Source: an uncultured bacterium (GTDB taxonomy: Bacteria; Patescibacteriota; Gracilibacteria; UBA1369; PNNO01). Taken from it: a stretch of DNA of 32,000 bases. The translations under genes and the position numbers were made by a program. How positions within the stretch are numbered: position 1 is the stretch's first letter; every line of letters starts with the position of its first letter. The stretch lies in the NCBI GenBank assembly GCA_963704705.1, contig OY969931.1, positions 1,080,001-1,112,000 of the forward strand, given 5' to 3'. Under the pieces are notes generated by a model. The model made no database searches and had not been told where the DNA came from. It was given only the letters and a program-made list of their open reading frames with translations. Positions 1 through 9,529 of this stretch are shown here, piece by piece.

Positions 1-6
1 AATAAC

Positions 7-1527
7 ATGAACTTTAAAACAAGAAAAATCAGATATAAAAGAAGAAGCTATTTTAAAGATATTGCAAATAGAATCGGTTCAATATTCAAACATAATAAAA
101 CGATAAACAACGTTAAACATAAAACAAATTTTGGTTTAATCGTATCAATTATAATTGTCGTTGTTCTTTTCTTTTATGGTTGCAGCGTTGTTATTTCAAA
201 AATTGGATTAATTAATGTTATTGGATTTTTCGGGGAACCGTTAGATACAGATGTTTATGGAAATACAAATATATTAATGCTTGGAACGGGTGGTGGTGAC
301 CATGATGGGGCAGATCTAACAGATACAATAATTGTCGCAAGCATTGATCAAAAAAATAAATTAGTTCCGATGCTTTCAATTCCGCGTGATTTTTATGTTA
401 ATGTCCCTCAGTTGGGCGGAGGTTTAAGAATTAATAATATCTATGAACTTGGAAAAGAAAAATATGATTCAGTAACCGGAATTCAGCTAGCAAAACAAGC
501 GATTGAAGATATTACAGGAGTAAATATCCATTATTATGTAAAAGTGGATTTTGCCGGTTTTAAAGACATTGTTGACAGTCTTGATGGTGTTGATATTTAT
601 GTTGATGAAGCAATACATGATCCTTATTACCCTAAAGAAGAAACTACTCAATACGAAACATTTGATTTACCTGCAGGGCAAACACATATGGATGGTGCAA
701 CAGCGCTTAAGTATGCAAGAAGCCGAAAAACAACCAGCGACTTCGACAGATCAAAACGTCAGCAAAAACTTTTATTTGCTATAAAAGCAAAAGCCATGCA
801 AAAAAATATTTTACTTAATCCGGGTAAAATAACTGAATTATATAATGCTGTTAGCAGCCACATTGAAACAAATCTTTCAATAAGGCATATAATTGAACTT
901 GCTAAAGTTTCTCAGGATTTCAATCAGGAAAACATTGTTTCAAAAGTAATGACTGATGATCCAACCCGCTGTGGTGGATTCCTTTATGTGCCTGAAAGGG
1001 ATTTATTCGGAGGAGCATATGTTCTTGTGCCTATCGGAAATACATATAATTTTATTCATCAGTATGTTGATTTGATTTTCCATTATCCTGAACTCAATAA
1101 AAATCCAATCAAAATTCAGGTATTGAACGGTACCAAATCCCCTGGCCTGGCAGTTGAAAGTAAGGCTATACTGCAAAGGTTATGTTTTGATGTTATCAGA
1201 TACGGCAATGCACAATCACAAAATATTGAAAATACGACACTTTATTATAAAGAAGCTCCGGCTTCATCTGAAGAAGAAGTTGATACAAAACAAAACGTGC
1301 CTGATGCGCTTTATTTCATTAAGCAATTAATTCCAGGTGAAATTTCAACTGATATCCCTGAAAAATATTTTGAACCTCAATATGAAAGTGACGCTGATGT
1401 TATTTTGGAATTAGGTGAAAATTATGCAAAGTCAAAACCAAACGATATTTTCTATTTATACTACCCTACTGACAATGGCTCAAGTGAAACAGCAGAAACA
1501 ACTACCGCAGAAACTCCCACCGAATAA
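7..1527 (+). CDS. LytR-CpsA-Psr (LCP) family cell-envelope polymer transferase with C-terminal LytR_C-like module
   Basis: 506-aa ORF with an N-terminal TM segment (LIVSIIIVVVLFFYG). LCP core motifs NILMLGTGGGD...ADLTDTIIVASID...LSIPRDFYV and KYARSRKTTSDFDRSKRQQ. C-terminal IKIQVLNGTKSPGLA segment typical of LytR_C. Confidence 0.85.
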   Translation: MNFKTRKIRYKRRSYFKDIANRIGSIFKHNKTINNVKHKTNFGLIVSIIIVVVLFFYGCSVVISKIGLINVIGFFGEPLDTDVYGNTNILMLGTGGGDHDGADLTDTIIVASIDQKNKLVPMLSIPRDFYVNVPQLGGGLRINNIYELGKEKYDSVTGIQLAKQAIEDITGVNIHYYVKVDFAGFKDIVDSLDGVDIYVDEAIHDPYYPKEETTQYETFDLPAGQTHMDGATALKYARSRKTTSDFDRSKRQQKLLFAIKAKAMQKNILLNPGKITELYNAVSSHIETNLSIRHIIELAKVSQDFNQENIVSKVMTDDPTRCGGFLYVPERDLFGGAYVLVPIGNTYNFIHQYVDLIFHYPELNKNPIKIQVLNGTKSPGLAVESKAILQRLCFDVIRYGNAQSQNIENTTLYYKEAPASSEEEVDTKQNVPDALYFIKQLIPGEISTDIPEKYFEPQYESDADVILELGENYAKSKPNDIFYLYYPTDNGSSETAETTTAETPTE

Positions 1528-1531
1528 TAAA

Positions 1532-2203
1532 ATGCGACTCGCACGTTTCATTGCAATGAATTCAGAATATTCACGCAGAAAAGCTGAAGACCTTATTAGT
1601 GAAGGGCGTGTTAAATTAAATAATAAAACATCCAAATTAGGTGAACTAATAAACATTGAAAAAGATAAAGTTTTTATTGATGGCAAAATCCTCAAACCCA
1701 TAGCAGCAAGAATTACTTTAATGCTAAACAAACCTGCCGGTTATACAACTACAAAAAAAGACCCGCATGCCAATAAAACCGTAATGGATTTGATTCCTCA
1801 TAAAGATGTTTTTCCGGTAGGAAGACTTGATAAAGATACTGAAGGGCTTCTTTTACTTACAAACGATGGTGATTTAGCATATAAATTAACTCACCCAAAA
1901 TTCGAACATGAAAAGGAATACTATGTTGAACTTAAAAATCCTGTTTCAAATGATGAAATTAAAAAAATCGAAAATGGCATAATTTTAGATGGCAAAAAAA
2001 CCGCTCACTGCAAAATCACGAATCATAAACTAAATAAATTAAATATAACTTTACACGAGGGACGCAAGCGACAAATCAAAAGAATATTTGAAAAACTTGG
2101 CAATAAAGTTATATACTTGTACCGCTTACGAATCGGTACGCTTGAATTGGGTAACTTAAAAATCGGTTCATACAGAATAATAAACAGTAAAGATATATGC
2201 TAA
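1532..2203 (+). CDS. RsuA/RluB-family RNA pseudouridine synthase (S4 domain + catalytic domain)
   Basis: Track ORF 1415..2203 overlaps the upstream gene. The first ATG after that gene's stop is 1532 (MRLARFIAMNSEYSRRKAEDLISEGRVKLN, an S4-like domain). Catalytic-Asp motif GRLDKDTEGLLLLTNDG. Confidence 0.85.
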   Translation: MRLARFIAMNSEYSRRKAEDLISEGRVKLNNKTSKLGELINIEKDKVFIDGKILKPIAARITLMLNKPAGYTTTKKDPHANKTVMDLIPHKDVFPVGRLDKDTEGLLLLTNDGDLAYKLTHPKFEHEKEYYVELKNPVSNDEIKKIENGIILDGKKTAHCKITNHKLNKLNITLHEGRKRQIKRIFEKLGNKVIYLYRLRIGTLELGNLKIGSYRIINSKDIC

Positions 2204-3084
2204 CAAGCTTTCTTAATTTATATGCAACGATTGCTCTTGGTTCTCCTGTAAATATACAAAAAAAGCCTGAAATTGAACCATTAACGATCTCTTACGAAGA
2301 TACAATCCCTGTTTCAATGATTCCAGTAAAAAAAGAAACAGCTGTTGCGCCAATTATTGACGCTGATGCAGCTATTATTGTTGATTTTGATAGCGGAGAG
2401 ATTTTATGGGGTAAAAATGAGAATAAAAAAATGCAAATAGCGAGTATTACAAAGTTAATGACAGTAACCTTAGCTCTCGAACAGGACGATTTAAATGAAA
2501 AAGTAATTGTCAGTAAAAATGCAGCTAGTACCGAAGGCTCAAAAGTATGGCTTTATTCAGGCGAAGAAATAACTTTAGGAAATCTTGTTAAAGCTGCTTT
2601 AATTCATTCTGGCAACGATGCTGCGGTTGCAATTGCAGAACATGTTGGCGGCACAACCGAAGAATTCGTAAAGAAAATGAATGAAAAAGCAAAAGAATTA
2701 AAACTCTACAGTACTCATTATGCTAATCCAATTGGTTTTGATGATCTTGAAAACTATTCAACTGTTCGCGACCTTTCATCTTTAGCAAGATATATTTATA
2801 GAAAACCATTTGTAAGAGATACTGTTAAAACTAAAAATACATCTGTTTCTTCTGTTAATGGCGAACTTACACACGAACTCTCAAGTACAAATGAATTGTT
2901 GGGAAGTTTTTTAAAGGTTTTGGGTCTAAAAACTGGACATACGGAAGCAGCTGGATTATGCTTTATTTCGATAATTGAGAATGACAAAGGCAACAAAATC
3001 ATCACTATTGTTTTAAATAGTCCTGACCGATTTGGTGAGACAAAAATGCTTGCCACTTGGGCATTCCGATCATATATCTGGTAA
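2197..3084 (+). CDS. Serine-type D-Ala-D-Ala carboxypeptidase (peptidase S11, PBP5/DacA-like)
   Basis: All three penicillin-binding motifs are present: SxxK (ASITKLMT), SxN (HSGNDAA) and KTG (LKTGHT). The ATG overlaps the upstream stop codon. Confidence 0.85.
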   Translation: MLTSFLNLYATIALGSPVNIQKKPEIEPLTISYEDTIPVSMIPVKKETAVAPIIDADAAIIVDFDSGEILWGKNENKKMQIASITKLMTVTLALEQDDLNEKVIVSKNAASTEGSKVWLYSGEEITLGNLVKAALIHSGNDAAVAIAEHVGGTTEEFVKKMNEKAKELKLYSTHYANPIGFDDLENYSTVRDLSSLARYIYRKPFVRDTVKTKNTSVSSVNGELTHELSSTNELLGSFLKVLGLKTGHTEAAGLCFISIIENDKGNKIITIVLNSPDRFGETKMLATWAFRSYIW

Positions 3085-3096
3085 AAATCCTCCTAA

Positions 3097-4164
3097 ATGA
3101 CAATCATATTCGACCTTGATATTGTTTTAAGACATTTATTACTCATTTTCTTTTCATTCACCACAGCTTTTTTGGTTGCACTACTGTTAGCAAAGCCATT
3201 TTTAAAACTGCTTAAAAAATATAAAATTAATAAACAAATACGCGAAATCGCATCAACCGGTGAAAAAGCAAGCCGTTACCACGAAATGCACAAAAGCAAG
3301 GCAGGCACTCCAACAATGGGTGGCATTTTAATTTGGGGAACAACATTAATTATTGTTCTTGGAAGCCGGGCACTTTCAGCACTCGGCGTTACCGGTAGCT
3401 CTCTTTTAAACAGAAAAGAAACATGGCTGCCAATAGCCACTCTTATTGCCGTAGCATTATTGGGCGCTTTGGATGATTACTTTAATATTCGCGGACTTGG
3501 CAAATCAAAGGGCATAAATATTAAGCCTAAATTTTTCTGGCTAACTATATTTGCATTAATGGGAGGACTTTGGTTCCACTTTAAATTAGGTTTTGATCAG
3601 GTTCATCTGCCTGGTTATGGAGATATAATGATGGGAAGCTGGTATGTTGTATTATTTATGTTTGTGATACTTGCCACTTCAAATGCAGTTAATTTTACCG
3701 ATGGCCTTGATGGACTCGCAGGCGGCTTACTTGTAATTGCGTTTGCTTCATTCAGTGTAATTGCTTTTGCAAACAGTTTATTTATATTATCAGCTTTTTG
3801 TGCTGTTTTAACTGGCGCAAACTTAGGATTCTTATGGCACAATATTCCTCCTGCCAAATTTTATATGGGAGATACAGGCTCGCTTTCAATGGGGGCCACG
3901 CTGGGGGTCATAGCAATGATGACCGACTCCTTTATTGCCCTTATTTTAATTGGATTTATTTTTGTTATAGAAACTCTTTCAATAATTATCCAGATATTTT
4001 CAAAAAAAGTATTCCACAAAAAAGTATTTAAAGTTGCGCCGCTTCATCATCATTACGAATACATCGGCTGGCCTGAGAGCAAAGTTGTAATGCGATTTTG
4101 GATAGTGGGAGCAATATTTGCAATGTTCGGTCTAATTCTATCGCTGGTTGCAATTAACTTTTAA
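3097..4164 (+). CDS. mraY: Phospho-N-acetylmuramoyl-pentapeptide transferase
   Basis: 355-aa polytopic membrane protein with MraY hallmark segments NAVNFTDGLDGLAGG, FYMGDTGSLSMGA and APLHHHYE. Confidence 0.95.
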   Translation: MTIIFDLDIVLRHLLLIFFSFTTAFLVALLLAKPFLKLLKKYKINKQIREIASTGEKASRYHEMHKSKAGTPTMGGILIWGTTLIIVLGSRALSALGVTGSSLLNRKETWLPIATLIAVALLGALDDYFNIRGLGKSKGINIKPKFFWLTIFALMGGLWFHFKLGFDQVHLPGYGDIMMGSWYVVLFMFVILATSNAVNFTDGLDGLAGGLLVIAFASFSVIAFANSLFILSAFCAVLTGANLGFLWHNIPPAKFYMGDTGSLSMGATLGVIAMMTDSFIALILIGFIFVIETLSIIIQIFSKKVFHKKVFKVAPLHHHYEYIGWPESKVVMRFWIVGAIFAMFGLILSLVAINF

Positions 4165-5945
4165 AGTTCAAGTATAAGCGCGCTGTCAGAGACAACAGGA
4201 TTTAATTTTTCATCTACTATTTGCTGAACTTCATCGTCAATTACAGGATCAGCCAATTGCACAACTTCTTTAGTTATTTCCACATCAGGATCAGTTAAAG
4301 AATCTTTAATATCGTTTTCAAGAACTGAATGAGTTGTTTCAGCAAGCTTTACAATTTCAGCATTATCTTCAGCATCAGTTTCAGCAACTTCAACAAGCAC
4401 TTTTGCTGAATTCAAAGTATTAACTTGTTCTCCGATTGCAGCTTCACCTTGAGTTGACTCATTATCATAAGCAATATCAATAACTTTTTCCTGCGCTTTC
4501 ATTAATGTTTCCTGCGCAAGATCATTTTTTTCTTCTTTTAATAAATCCTTTGCTTCAATTATTTTCTCTTCAGCTTCTTTTAATTCTGCGCTATTTTTCT
4601 CCTGGTTGTCAGTAATTACTGTTAATTTTGCTTCTCTTAAAGCTTCCTTTAGTTTATATAGGGGATCGCCAGGCAGCACTACAGCAAAATCTTTTGATCT
4701 ATTTGATAATGCATCATTAAAATATTCTTTAAGTTCTTCGGAACTGCTTACAGTCCCGTTAATTTCACTTATTATTGATTTGAATTCCTGAATTAAAGAA
4801 TCAGCTTCTCTGCTTTTATCTTCATTAATATAAACTGCTGCTTCATTTAATCTCTTAAGTGCAATTTCAATTTTAAGTTTTGCATTTTCTTCAGGATTAC
4901 TTGTTAGCAATAGTTTAGTTGATTCATTTATTTTTTTTGCAGTATATAATGGATTTTCAGGTGTTAACCCGGCTTCTGACTTTGTTTTAACTTTGTTTTC
5001 TTCAACAACATCATTTTTATATTGTTTATCTTTTTCTATATTATCCTCTACCCACTGCTGATCTTCTAAAGAATTAATAGTTCTTTTTGCAACCTGAGGA
5101 CTTTCAAGATCAGCTGCAATAGAATATCCTTCTAAAACCATTTGTTTTTCATCCTGCATGCTTACCTCTATTCTATTATCATAAACTGATACCAATGTTT
5201 GTGCGCTGTTATTAGCCTTTACTTCAAAAGAAGCTCTTTCGGATGCATTTGCTGTAACATCTTTAGCTTCAACTTTAAATGATGATTCTTTTCCAACTAT
5301 ACTAACAACCTGATTCCAAACTCTTCCCTTTTTAACTTCAATCTCAACTTCTGTTTTTGAACGTTTAATTTGATCCTGATACAGTTTTCTTATTCTTAAT
5401 TCCGAATTAGGAGAAAGACGGCTTACGCTATCATCAATATATCTTACTATTGAAGTGCCATTTTCACCTGTTATTAAAGTGTCTCCTTGCTGCAAATACA
5501 TATTAGCTTCCGCCTGTATCGTAACATCATCACGAATTAAATCCACATCACCGCTCACATAAACTATTGTTGTTTGCCTTGCTGCTTTAATAACCGGTAT
5601 ATCTGAAATATAAACAGTTCCAACCATAAATGTAATTACAACAAGCAAAGTTGAAGCAAAAACCTTTTGCCACTGCAATGCGAATGATGATTTGTGGGAC
5701 TTCGTAAAAGAAAGTAAAGTTTGGCCCAAACGAGCTTTAAACACTGAATTTGGTTTTATATCCTCAGCCAATTTTGAAATTATATTTTTTAGTTTTTGCA
5801 AAGATGGATAAAGTTCAAATTTATTTTCATGTTTTATAGAGCTTAATATGTTATGCTTCATCTCAAGTTTTGTTTCAGACTTAAGACAAGGCTTTTTAAG
5901 CTCTTTTAATGAGTTTTCCAGTTTTTTGTATTTATCGATCTCCAT
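4161..5945 (-). CDS. Putative membrane-anchored anti-sigma factor (FecR-like beta domain + long acidic coiled-coil ectodomain)
   Basis: Lies immediately downstream of the ECF sigma gene on the same strand. Single TM helix (FASTLLVVITFMVGTVYI). A FecR-like segment follows (VSGDVDLIRDD...GDTLITGENGTSIVRYIDDSVSRLSPNSELRI). The rest is a long K/E-rich helical region. The anti-sigma role is inferred from gene order. Confidence 0.45.
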   Translation of the reverse strand: MEIDKYKKLENSLKELKKPCLKSETKLEMKHNILSSIKHENKFELYPSLQKLKNIISKLAEDIKPNSVFKARLGQTLLSFTKSHKSSFALQWQKVFASTLLVVITFMVGTVYISDIPVIKAARQTTIVYVSGDVDLIRDDVTIQAEANMYLQQGDTLITGENGTSIVRYIDDSVSRLSPNSELRIRKLYQDQIKRSKTEVEIEVKKGRVWNQVVSIVGKESSFKVEAKDVTANASERASFEVKANNSAQTLVSVYDNRIEVSMQDEKQMVLEGYSIAADLESPQVAKRTINSLEDQQWVEDNIEKDKQYKNDVVEENKVKTKSEAGLTPENPLYTAKKINESTKLLLTSNPEENAKLKIEIALKRLNEAAVYINEDKSREADSLIQEFKSIISEINGTVSSSEELKEYFNDALSNRSKDFAVVLPGDPLYKLKEALREAKLTVITDNQEKNSAELKEAEEKIIEAKDLLKEEKNDLAQETLMKAQEKVIDIAYDNESTQGEAAIGEQVNTLNSAKVLVEVAETDAEDNAEIVKLAETTHSVLENDIKDSLTDPDVEITKEVVQLADPVIDDEVQQIVDEKLNPVVSDSALILEL

Positions 5946-5989
5946 GATTATTCTTGTTCGCTTATATAAACGAAAAGTTTAAGTTTTTG

Positions 5990-6568
5990 TTACTCTATAT
6001 TAGAAATACCCATATCTTCCAAAGTCTGCTTAAGTGCTTTGAGTGCTCTGAATTGCAAAATTCTAACACTTCCCTCGCTTTTTTTAAGTGTTTTACTTAT
6101 TTCTTCATTGGAAAGATCATTAATAAATTTCAAAATCACAACCTGTTGATAACTCTTCTTCAATTTCCCTATAGCATCTTTTAAATTTTCGTTATTTAAA
6201 GTAAGATCCGCCCTTTCAATAGGGTTTGATTCTCTTCGGGTCTCTTTTATTCTCGTATCAAGTGAACTATGTTCGCGTGTGAGCCTGTAATGATCAACAA
6301 CCATATTATGTGCAATTCTAAAAATCCAGGACTTAAAATTGGTATTTTTCTTTTTTCTGTACTTTTTAATATTTTCCCAGGCTTTTAAAAACAATGTTTC
6401 AGTTAAATCTTCAACATCGTCTTTTTTTACTTTAAAAAATATATACCTATATATAGGCGTAACAAAATGATCATAAAGCTTCCCAAAAGCTTCGGCATCA
6501 CCTTTTTGGCTTTGCCTCACTAATTTCTCAACTTCTTCATTGGTATATTTTTCAGTATCTTCGGACAT
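5990..6568 (-). CDS. ECF-type (sigma-70 family, group 4) RNA polymerase sigma factor
   Basis: Region 2 (LYDHFVTPIYRYIFFKV...DVEDLTETLFLKAWENIKKY...FKSWIFRIAHNMVVDHYR) and region 4 HTH (LSNEEISKTLKKSEGSVRILQFRALKALK). The track start at 6619 is a TTG, so I prefer the ATG at 6568 (MSEDTEKY). Confidence 0.85.
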   Translation of the reverse strand: MSEDTEKYTNEEVEKLVRQSQKGDAEAFGKLYDHFVTPIYRYIFFKVKKDDVEDLTETLFLKAWENIKKYRKKKNTNFKSWIFRIAHNMVVDHYRLTREHSSLDTRIKETRRESNPIERADLTLNNENLKDAIGKLKKSYQQVVILKFINDLSNEEISKTLKKSEGSVRILQFRALKALKQTLEDMGISNIE

Positions 6569-6641
6569 AAAAAATGTATTTAAGTTCGCTCCCTGTATAG
6601 GTAAACCAGGAAGATTCAAATTTTTTACAAAATCTTACAGT

Positions 6642-7556
6642 TTAAAAAAGGACTTTCTCTGCTCTTTTTACTTCATTTTCACTTCCTATTAAAATAGGCG
6701 TTCTTTGATCGAGACTTTCGATCTCAATTTCGAGAATACGTTTTTTGCCGTTAGTTGCACGGCCTCCGGCCTGTTCCATCAATAGTGCCATTGGTGCACA
6801 TTCATATAAAAGTCTTAATTTTCCATCCGGTTTTTCTTTATAACCAGGGTAAGTAAAAATACCTTGCTCCTTCATGAAAATATGATTGATATCAGGGACC
6901 ATTCCGCCTGAATACCTTAATGTGTACTGTTCTTTCATCCATTCTTCAACCAATTTCATATATTTTTCTTCTGTTGCAACCGCTCTTAAATTTCCCGGTG
7001 CAAAATTTCTGGCATCTTTTTCAACCTGAATATTCTCTTTAGATAAAACAAATTCGCCAACTACATTCAAAATAAACTCATGCACGCCTTTTTTTGTTGT
7101 ATAAAGTAAAGTCACGCGCGGACCATAAACAATCACAACAGCAGCTACCTGATCATCACCTTTCCTGCCGATAATTTTGTCTCCTTCATAAATCCCAAAA
7201 ATACTTCCAATTGCAAAATTCGCATTAACAAGTGAGGAACCATCCAATGGATCAAATACAACACTATATTTTCCTTTTTTATCTTTTCCTATCTTACATT
7301 CTTCGTCCATTTCTTCGGAAGCAAGACAACAGGTGTAATGTGAATCTTCAAGTTCATTAACAAAAATCTGATTCGACAATACATCAAGCGCAAGCTGTGC
7401 TTCTCCATACATATTAGAAGTACCTGCAAGCCCCAAATCACCCGTTTGCATCGCATGATGAACATATTTGGATGTTACAGCGATTTTCAAAATCAAATGC
7501 CTTAAATCGTGGTCTATCTTGCTGTCGCGTAAGTGTTTATCTAATGAAATAGTCAT
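6642..7556 (-). CDS. fbp: Fructose-1,6-bisphosphatase, class 1
   Basis: FBPase class-1 motifs VVFDPLDGSSLV, YGPRVT and LRYSGGMVPDINHI. The ATG at 7556 (MTISLDKHL) sits 1 nt after the fba stop. The track start at 7598 would overlap fba. Confidence 0.9.
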   Translation of the reverse strand: MTISLDKHLRDSKIDHDLRHLILKIAVTSKYVHHAMQTGDLGLAGTSNMYGEAQLALDVLSNQIFVNELEDSHYTCCLASEEMDEECKIGKDKKGKYSVVFDPLDGSSLVNANFAIGSIFGIYEGDKIIGRKGDDQVAAVVIVYGPRVTLLYTTKKGVHEFILNVVGEFVLSKENIQVEKDARNFAPGNLRAVATEEKYMKLVEEWMKEQYTLRYSGGMVPDINHIFMKEQGIFTYPGYKEKPDGKLRLLYECAPMALLMEQAGGRATNGKKRILEIEIESLDQRTPILIGSENEVKRAEKVLF

Positions 7557-7557
7557 A

Positions 7558-8601
7558 TTATCTAGTATTAACGTATAATTCAGCTCTGTTTGCAGCATTA
7601 AAAGCCTCTGTCAGCATCATTTTCATATGTTCTTTAATTTCATTCTTTGCCGCTGTCATATCAAGCTTATCAACTTCATCTAAAAATTTATAAAGAACTT
7701 TTCTGAATGGCTTGCCGTCTTCTTTTGCTGTTTGCTCCATCTTCTCAGTTAATTCTTTAGGGAAGTATTTAAACCAGATATTCTGAAGTGAAGTTGCATA
7801 ATTAAATTTGCGAGCTCCTGCATCAACAGCTTTACTGAACATCTCAGGAGAAATTCCCGAACCACCATGAAGCACACCATAGCAATCCAAAGGTCGTATT
7901 CTGTCACAAATTTCTTTGATTCTGTCATATCCGATAACCGGTTCTTTTAAATAAACTCCATGACCATTACCTACAAAAAACGCCAAAGCCTCAGGTTTAA
8001 CAGCTTCTACAATCTGAATAGCCGTATCAACCTTGGTAAAATAACTTTCGATATTCTTTTCCAATTCAGGGTCAGCCAAAGCACTGGCAGCTCCAATCTC
8101 TCCATCCTCAACTTCAAGACTCATTCCAAGCGGATGGATTTTTTCAGCTATTTCATAACTCTTTTTAATATTTTCTTTCAATTCCTTTTTAGACAGATCA
8201 ACTTCTACAGAACTAAATCCAGCATCGATCGCTCTTTGAACACAACCATCAACATCTTTTTGGATATGATCGTGATGTAAACAAACCGGCACTGCATAAC
8301 CATATCTTTTAATTCGTTCTTCAATTGCATTATGAGTAAAATCAGAAAGCTGATCCGGCATCATAGGACAATAACCGGTTTCGCTCTCGGCTATTTCAAG
8401 AATAATAGGTGCCTGAAGCTCCCATGCAGCATCAAGAACCGCTTCACCAATATGAGCATGGCGAACATTACAAGCAGGAATCCCAAAACTATTATCATCA
8501 GCAATTTTTAAAAGCTGTCGTAAATTAAAAAGCGTGTAACCACCAGTTAAAACACGTGCATTTGGGTTCACATCCTTACTAAAAGCAGGTACATCTGACA
8601 T
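7558..8601 (-). CDS. fba: Fructose-bisphosphate aldolase, class II
   Basis: Class II aldolase metal and substrate motifs CLHHDH, FVGNGHGVY and VLHGGSGI in a 347-aa protein. Confidence 0.9.
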   Translation of the reverse strand: MSDVPAFSKDVNPNARVLTGGYTLFNLRQLLKIADDNSFGIPACNVRHAHIGEAVLDAAWELQAPIILEIAESETGYCPMMPDQLSDFTHNAIEERIKRYGYAVPVCLHHDHIQKDVDGCVQRAIDAGFSSVEVDLSKKELKENIKKSYEIAEKIHPLGMSLEVEDGEIGAASALADPELEKNIESYFTKVDTAIQIVEAVKPEALAFFVGNGHGVYLKEPVIGYDRIKEICDRIRPLDCYGVLHGGSGISPEMFSKAVDAGARKFNYATSLQNIWFKYFPKELTEKMEQTAKEDGKPFRKVLYKFLDEVDKLDMTAAKNEIKEHMKMMLTEAFNAANRAELYVNTR

Positions 8602-8682
8602 AATTTTTAGGTTAATTTTGAAGCGAAAAGCCGGATAAAAATATACAGTAATTTAAAAAGGTGATCAAATTTAAATCACAAT

Positions 8683-8711
8683 TTGACAAAATTGCTATAA
8701 ACTTTTAAAAT
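8683..8711 (+). promoter_or_regulatory. Sigma-70-like promoter for ORF 8744 (TTGACA-N17-TAAAAT)
   Basis: TTGACA at 8683-8688, a 17-nt spacer and TAAAAT at 8706-8711. An inverted repeat GTGAT-N9-ATCAC (8661-8679) lies just upstream. Confidence 0.45.
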
Positions 8712-8743
8712 TATCACCTAATAGTTTTTTAAAAGCATTAATT

Positions 8744-9076
8744 ATGAAACAAAATATCGAAGCAAGACAAGCTGAACCTTTATCTGATGCAACTAAAATC
8801 CTTGCGGAATTATATGAGTCCACAACAAATCACCGAGACCAAGTTGCATCTCACATTGTAAGCAATATTGAAAAACTTTCAAATCCAGACACTTGCATAA
8901 CTAAAGCTCAACAACGCCATCTTGAATACCTAATAAATCAATCAGCCAGGTTAGTTGTTGAAGGTGAAAGCGTAGATGTGCATAGCACACAAATAATTAC
9001 ATTCATAAATTCAATTAGGCTAGAATGCCTTAATTGTCTTAATAAAGAATGTGCGAATCGTGATCCAAAAGCATAA
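8744..9076 (+). CDS. Hypothetical protein (110 aa, no recognisable family)
   Basis: ATG-initiated ORF with native-like composition (about 37-38% GC in two hand-counted 60-nt lines), a putative promoter upstream and a hairpin downstream. I recognise no motifs. Confidence 0.5.
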   Translation: MKQNIEARQAEPLSDATKILAELYESTTNHRDQVASHIVSNIEKLSNPDTCITKAQQRHLEYLINQSARLVVEGESVDVHSTQIITFINSIRLECLNCLNKECANRDPKA

Positions 9077-9111
9077 AAAAGACCTCTCGGGAAAGCCTAT
9101 CCGAAGAGGTC
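9075..9111 (-). terminator. Intrinsic terminator for the minus-strand rsmH/ftsL-like operon; may also stop the convergent ORF 8744
   Basis: 10-bp stem 9081-9090 / 9101-9111 with one bulge and loop gaaagcctat. On the minus strand the hairpin is followed by a T6 run (the complement of A6 at 9075-9080). Confidence 0.6.
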
Positions 9112-9157
9112 CTTTGCTAGTTGCCCAACCTTAGCAACCCTATCTGGAAAATCGAGA

Positions 9158-9514
9158 TTAGGATTCGTTTAAAGCAAGCGCAGTGTTGCCTCGTACAAAA
9201 TGTATTTCGCTCGGAGTTCTCATTGAATTCGCTTTGTCAGTCAAAGAAAGCTGCGAAAGAGCCTTCTTTTCCAATAAGTCTTTTTTTAGCAGCTCATTTT
9301 GTTCATAAAGAGCTTGCTGCTGCACTTCTAAATATTTAATCGTGTAACCTTTTGTTGAAACATGATTAAAATTCACAAGCATCGACACGCTTAAAAAGGT
9401 TATAAGCAATCCCATTGAAAGGATCATCATAAACGATTTTAGTCTTGCTGGATTGAAAGATTGCTTCCGTTGTCTGAAAGCCAGAGTGTTACGATGAACG
9501 AGTACTTGTGACAT
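9158..9514 (-). CDS. FtsL-like cell-division protein (small bitopic coiled-coil protein)
   Basis: 118 aa with one TM helix (FMMILSMGLLITFLSVSMLV) followed by a coiled-coil segment (LEVQQQALYEQNELLKKDLLEKK). Its position directly downstream of rsmH matches dcw clusters. The call rests on position and architecture only. Confidence 0.5.
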   Translation of the reverse strand: MSQVLVHRNTLAFRQRKQSFNPARLKSFMMILSMGLLITFLSVSMLVNFNHVSTKGYTIKYLEVQQQALYEQNELLKKDLLEKKALSQLSLTDKANSMRTPSEIHFVRGNTALALNES

Positions 9515-9529
9515 TTATATATAAGTTAA

